The notes below the pieces were generated by a model. It was not told the DNA's origin. It saw only the letters and a list, made by a program, of their open reading frames with translations, and searched no databases. Shown here one piece after another: positions 63,099-63,266 of a DNA stretch of 63,266 nt (positions are counted from its first letter, which is position 1; every line of letters begins with the position of its first letter). The DNA lies in assembly GCA_964565825.1 (NCBI GenBank), contig CAZMGK010000005.1, forward strand, positions 1 to 63,266, given 5' to 3'. The DNA is from an uncultured Candidatus Saccharibacteria bacterium. Lineage in GTDB: Bacteria > Patescibacteriota > Minisyncoccia > Phycocordibacterales > UBA9973. Both the position numbers and the translations under genes were made by a program.

Positions 63099-63266
63099 CG
63101 TTTCTTTTTATACACGAAAATCCAACTTCATACCAGAAATTGACCCGATACAAATACTCCGATTCTCAATAGATATAGTCCTCTTACTTAAAATTGTTAT
63201 AAATAGTCTGGTACGACCTTCTACAATGTAGTTCTACAATGATATAACTCACAAAATAAAGATGAT

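Noticed and set aside
63219-63241. Direct repeat ttctacaatg x2 near the window end
   Set aside because: It may be tandem TACAAT -10 boxes for a gene beyond the window. There is too little context to call it.
1-63266. Recoded genetic code (UGA as a sense codon), as in some reduced-genome lineages
   Set aside because: Long housekeeping ORFs are intact under the standard code, and TGA terminates at least the arsR-like gene (6842..6844). RF1 is present. Nothing requires recoding.
63099-63266. SRP RNA (ffs) upstream of dnaX, a common neighbour in bacteria
   Set aside because: No GGUGCUGUUU / GAAGGAAGCAGCC-type domain IV motifs are visible on either strand.

Overview
This is a 63.3-kb, low-GC, gene-dense bacterial fragment made up almost entirely of housekeeping genes. 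The standard genetic code applies: TGA, TAA and TAG all act as stops and long ORFs are intact. I support about 70 CDS. They include six aminoacyl-tRNA synthetases (valS, gltX, aspS, trpS, cysS, lysS). The division/cell-wall cluster is split into two blocks, mraZ-rsmH-ftsL-ftsI-murF at 48.9-53.6 kb and murE-mraY-ftsW-murG at 28.9-33.6 kb, with a divergent murB / HTH-murA pair at 15.6-18.2 kb. Other recognisable genes are dnaJ, tsaD, dnaB, recR, dnaX, scpAB, prfA, greA and rplU/rpmE/rplY. Four tRNAs are present: Ile (partial), Glu, Val and Gln. A T-box leader precedes aspS, and there are many hairpin terminators. Shortened enzymes (464-aa AspRS, 751-aa ValRS, 363-aa DnaX), near absence of Shine-Dalgarno motifs and many small membrane proteins suggest a reduced-genome, Patescibacteria/CPR-like organism; this is inference only. 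No rRNA, CRISPR array, integrase or transposase gene was seen. The most interesting signal is a four-copy 116-118 nt inverted-repeat element. One end is fused with zero spacing to the ATG of four unrelated genes, including the junction inside the scpA-scpB operon. It shows compensatory covariation, a conserved mini-ORF and duplicated ATGAA flanks. Other notable observations follow.
- Degenerate tRNA 5' fragments lie upstream of three of the four tRNAs.
- Two tRNA 3' ends are embedded in 25-27 bp perfect hairpins.
- Two small regulators (ArsR-like, PaaX-like) are each bracketed by copies of their own long palindrome.
- An XRE-HTH domain is fused to MurA.
- A -10-N6-ATG (leaderless-type) gene start recurs at many genes.
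- A lone 1171-aa SF1 helicase-nuclease is present.
- Several intergenic repeat families occur.
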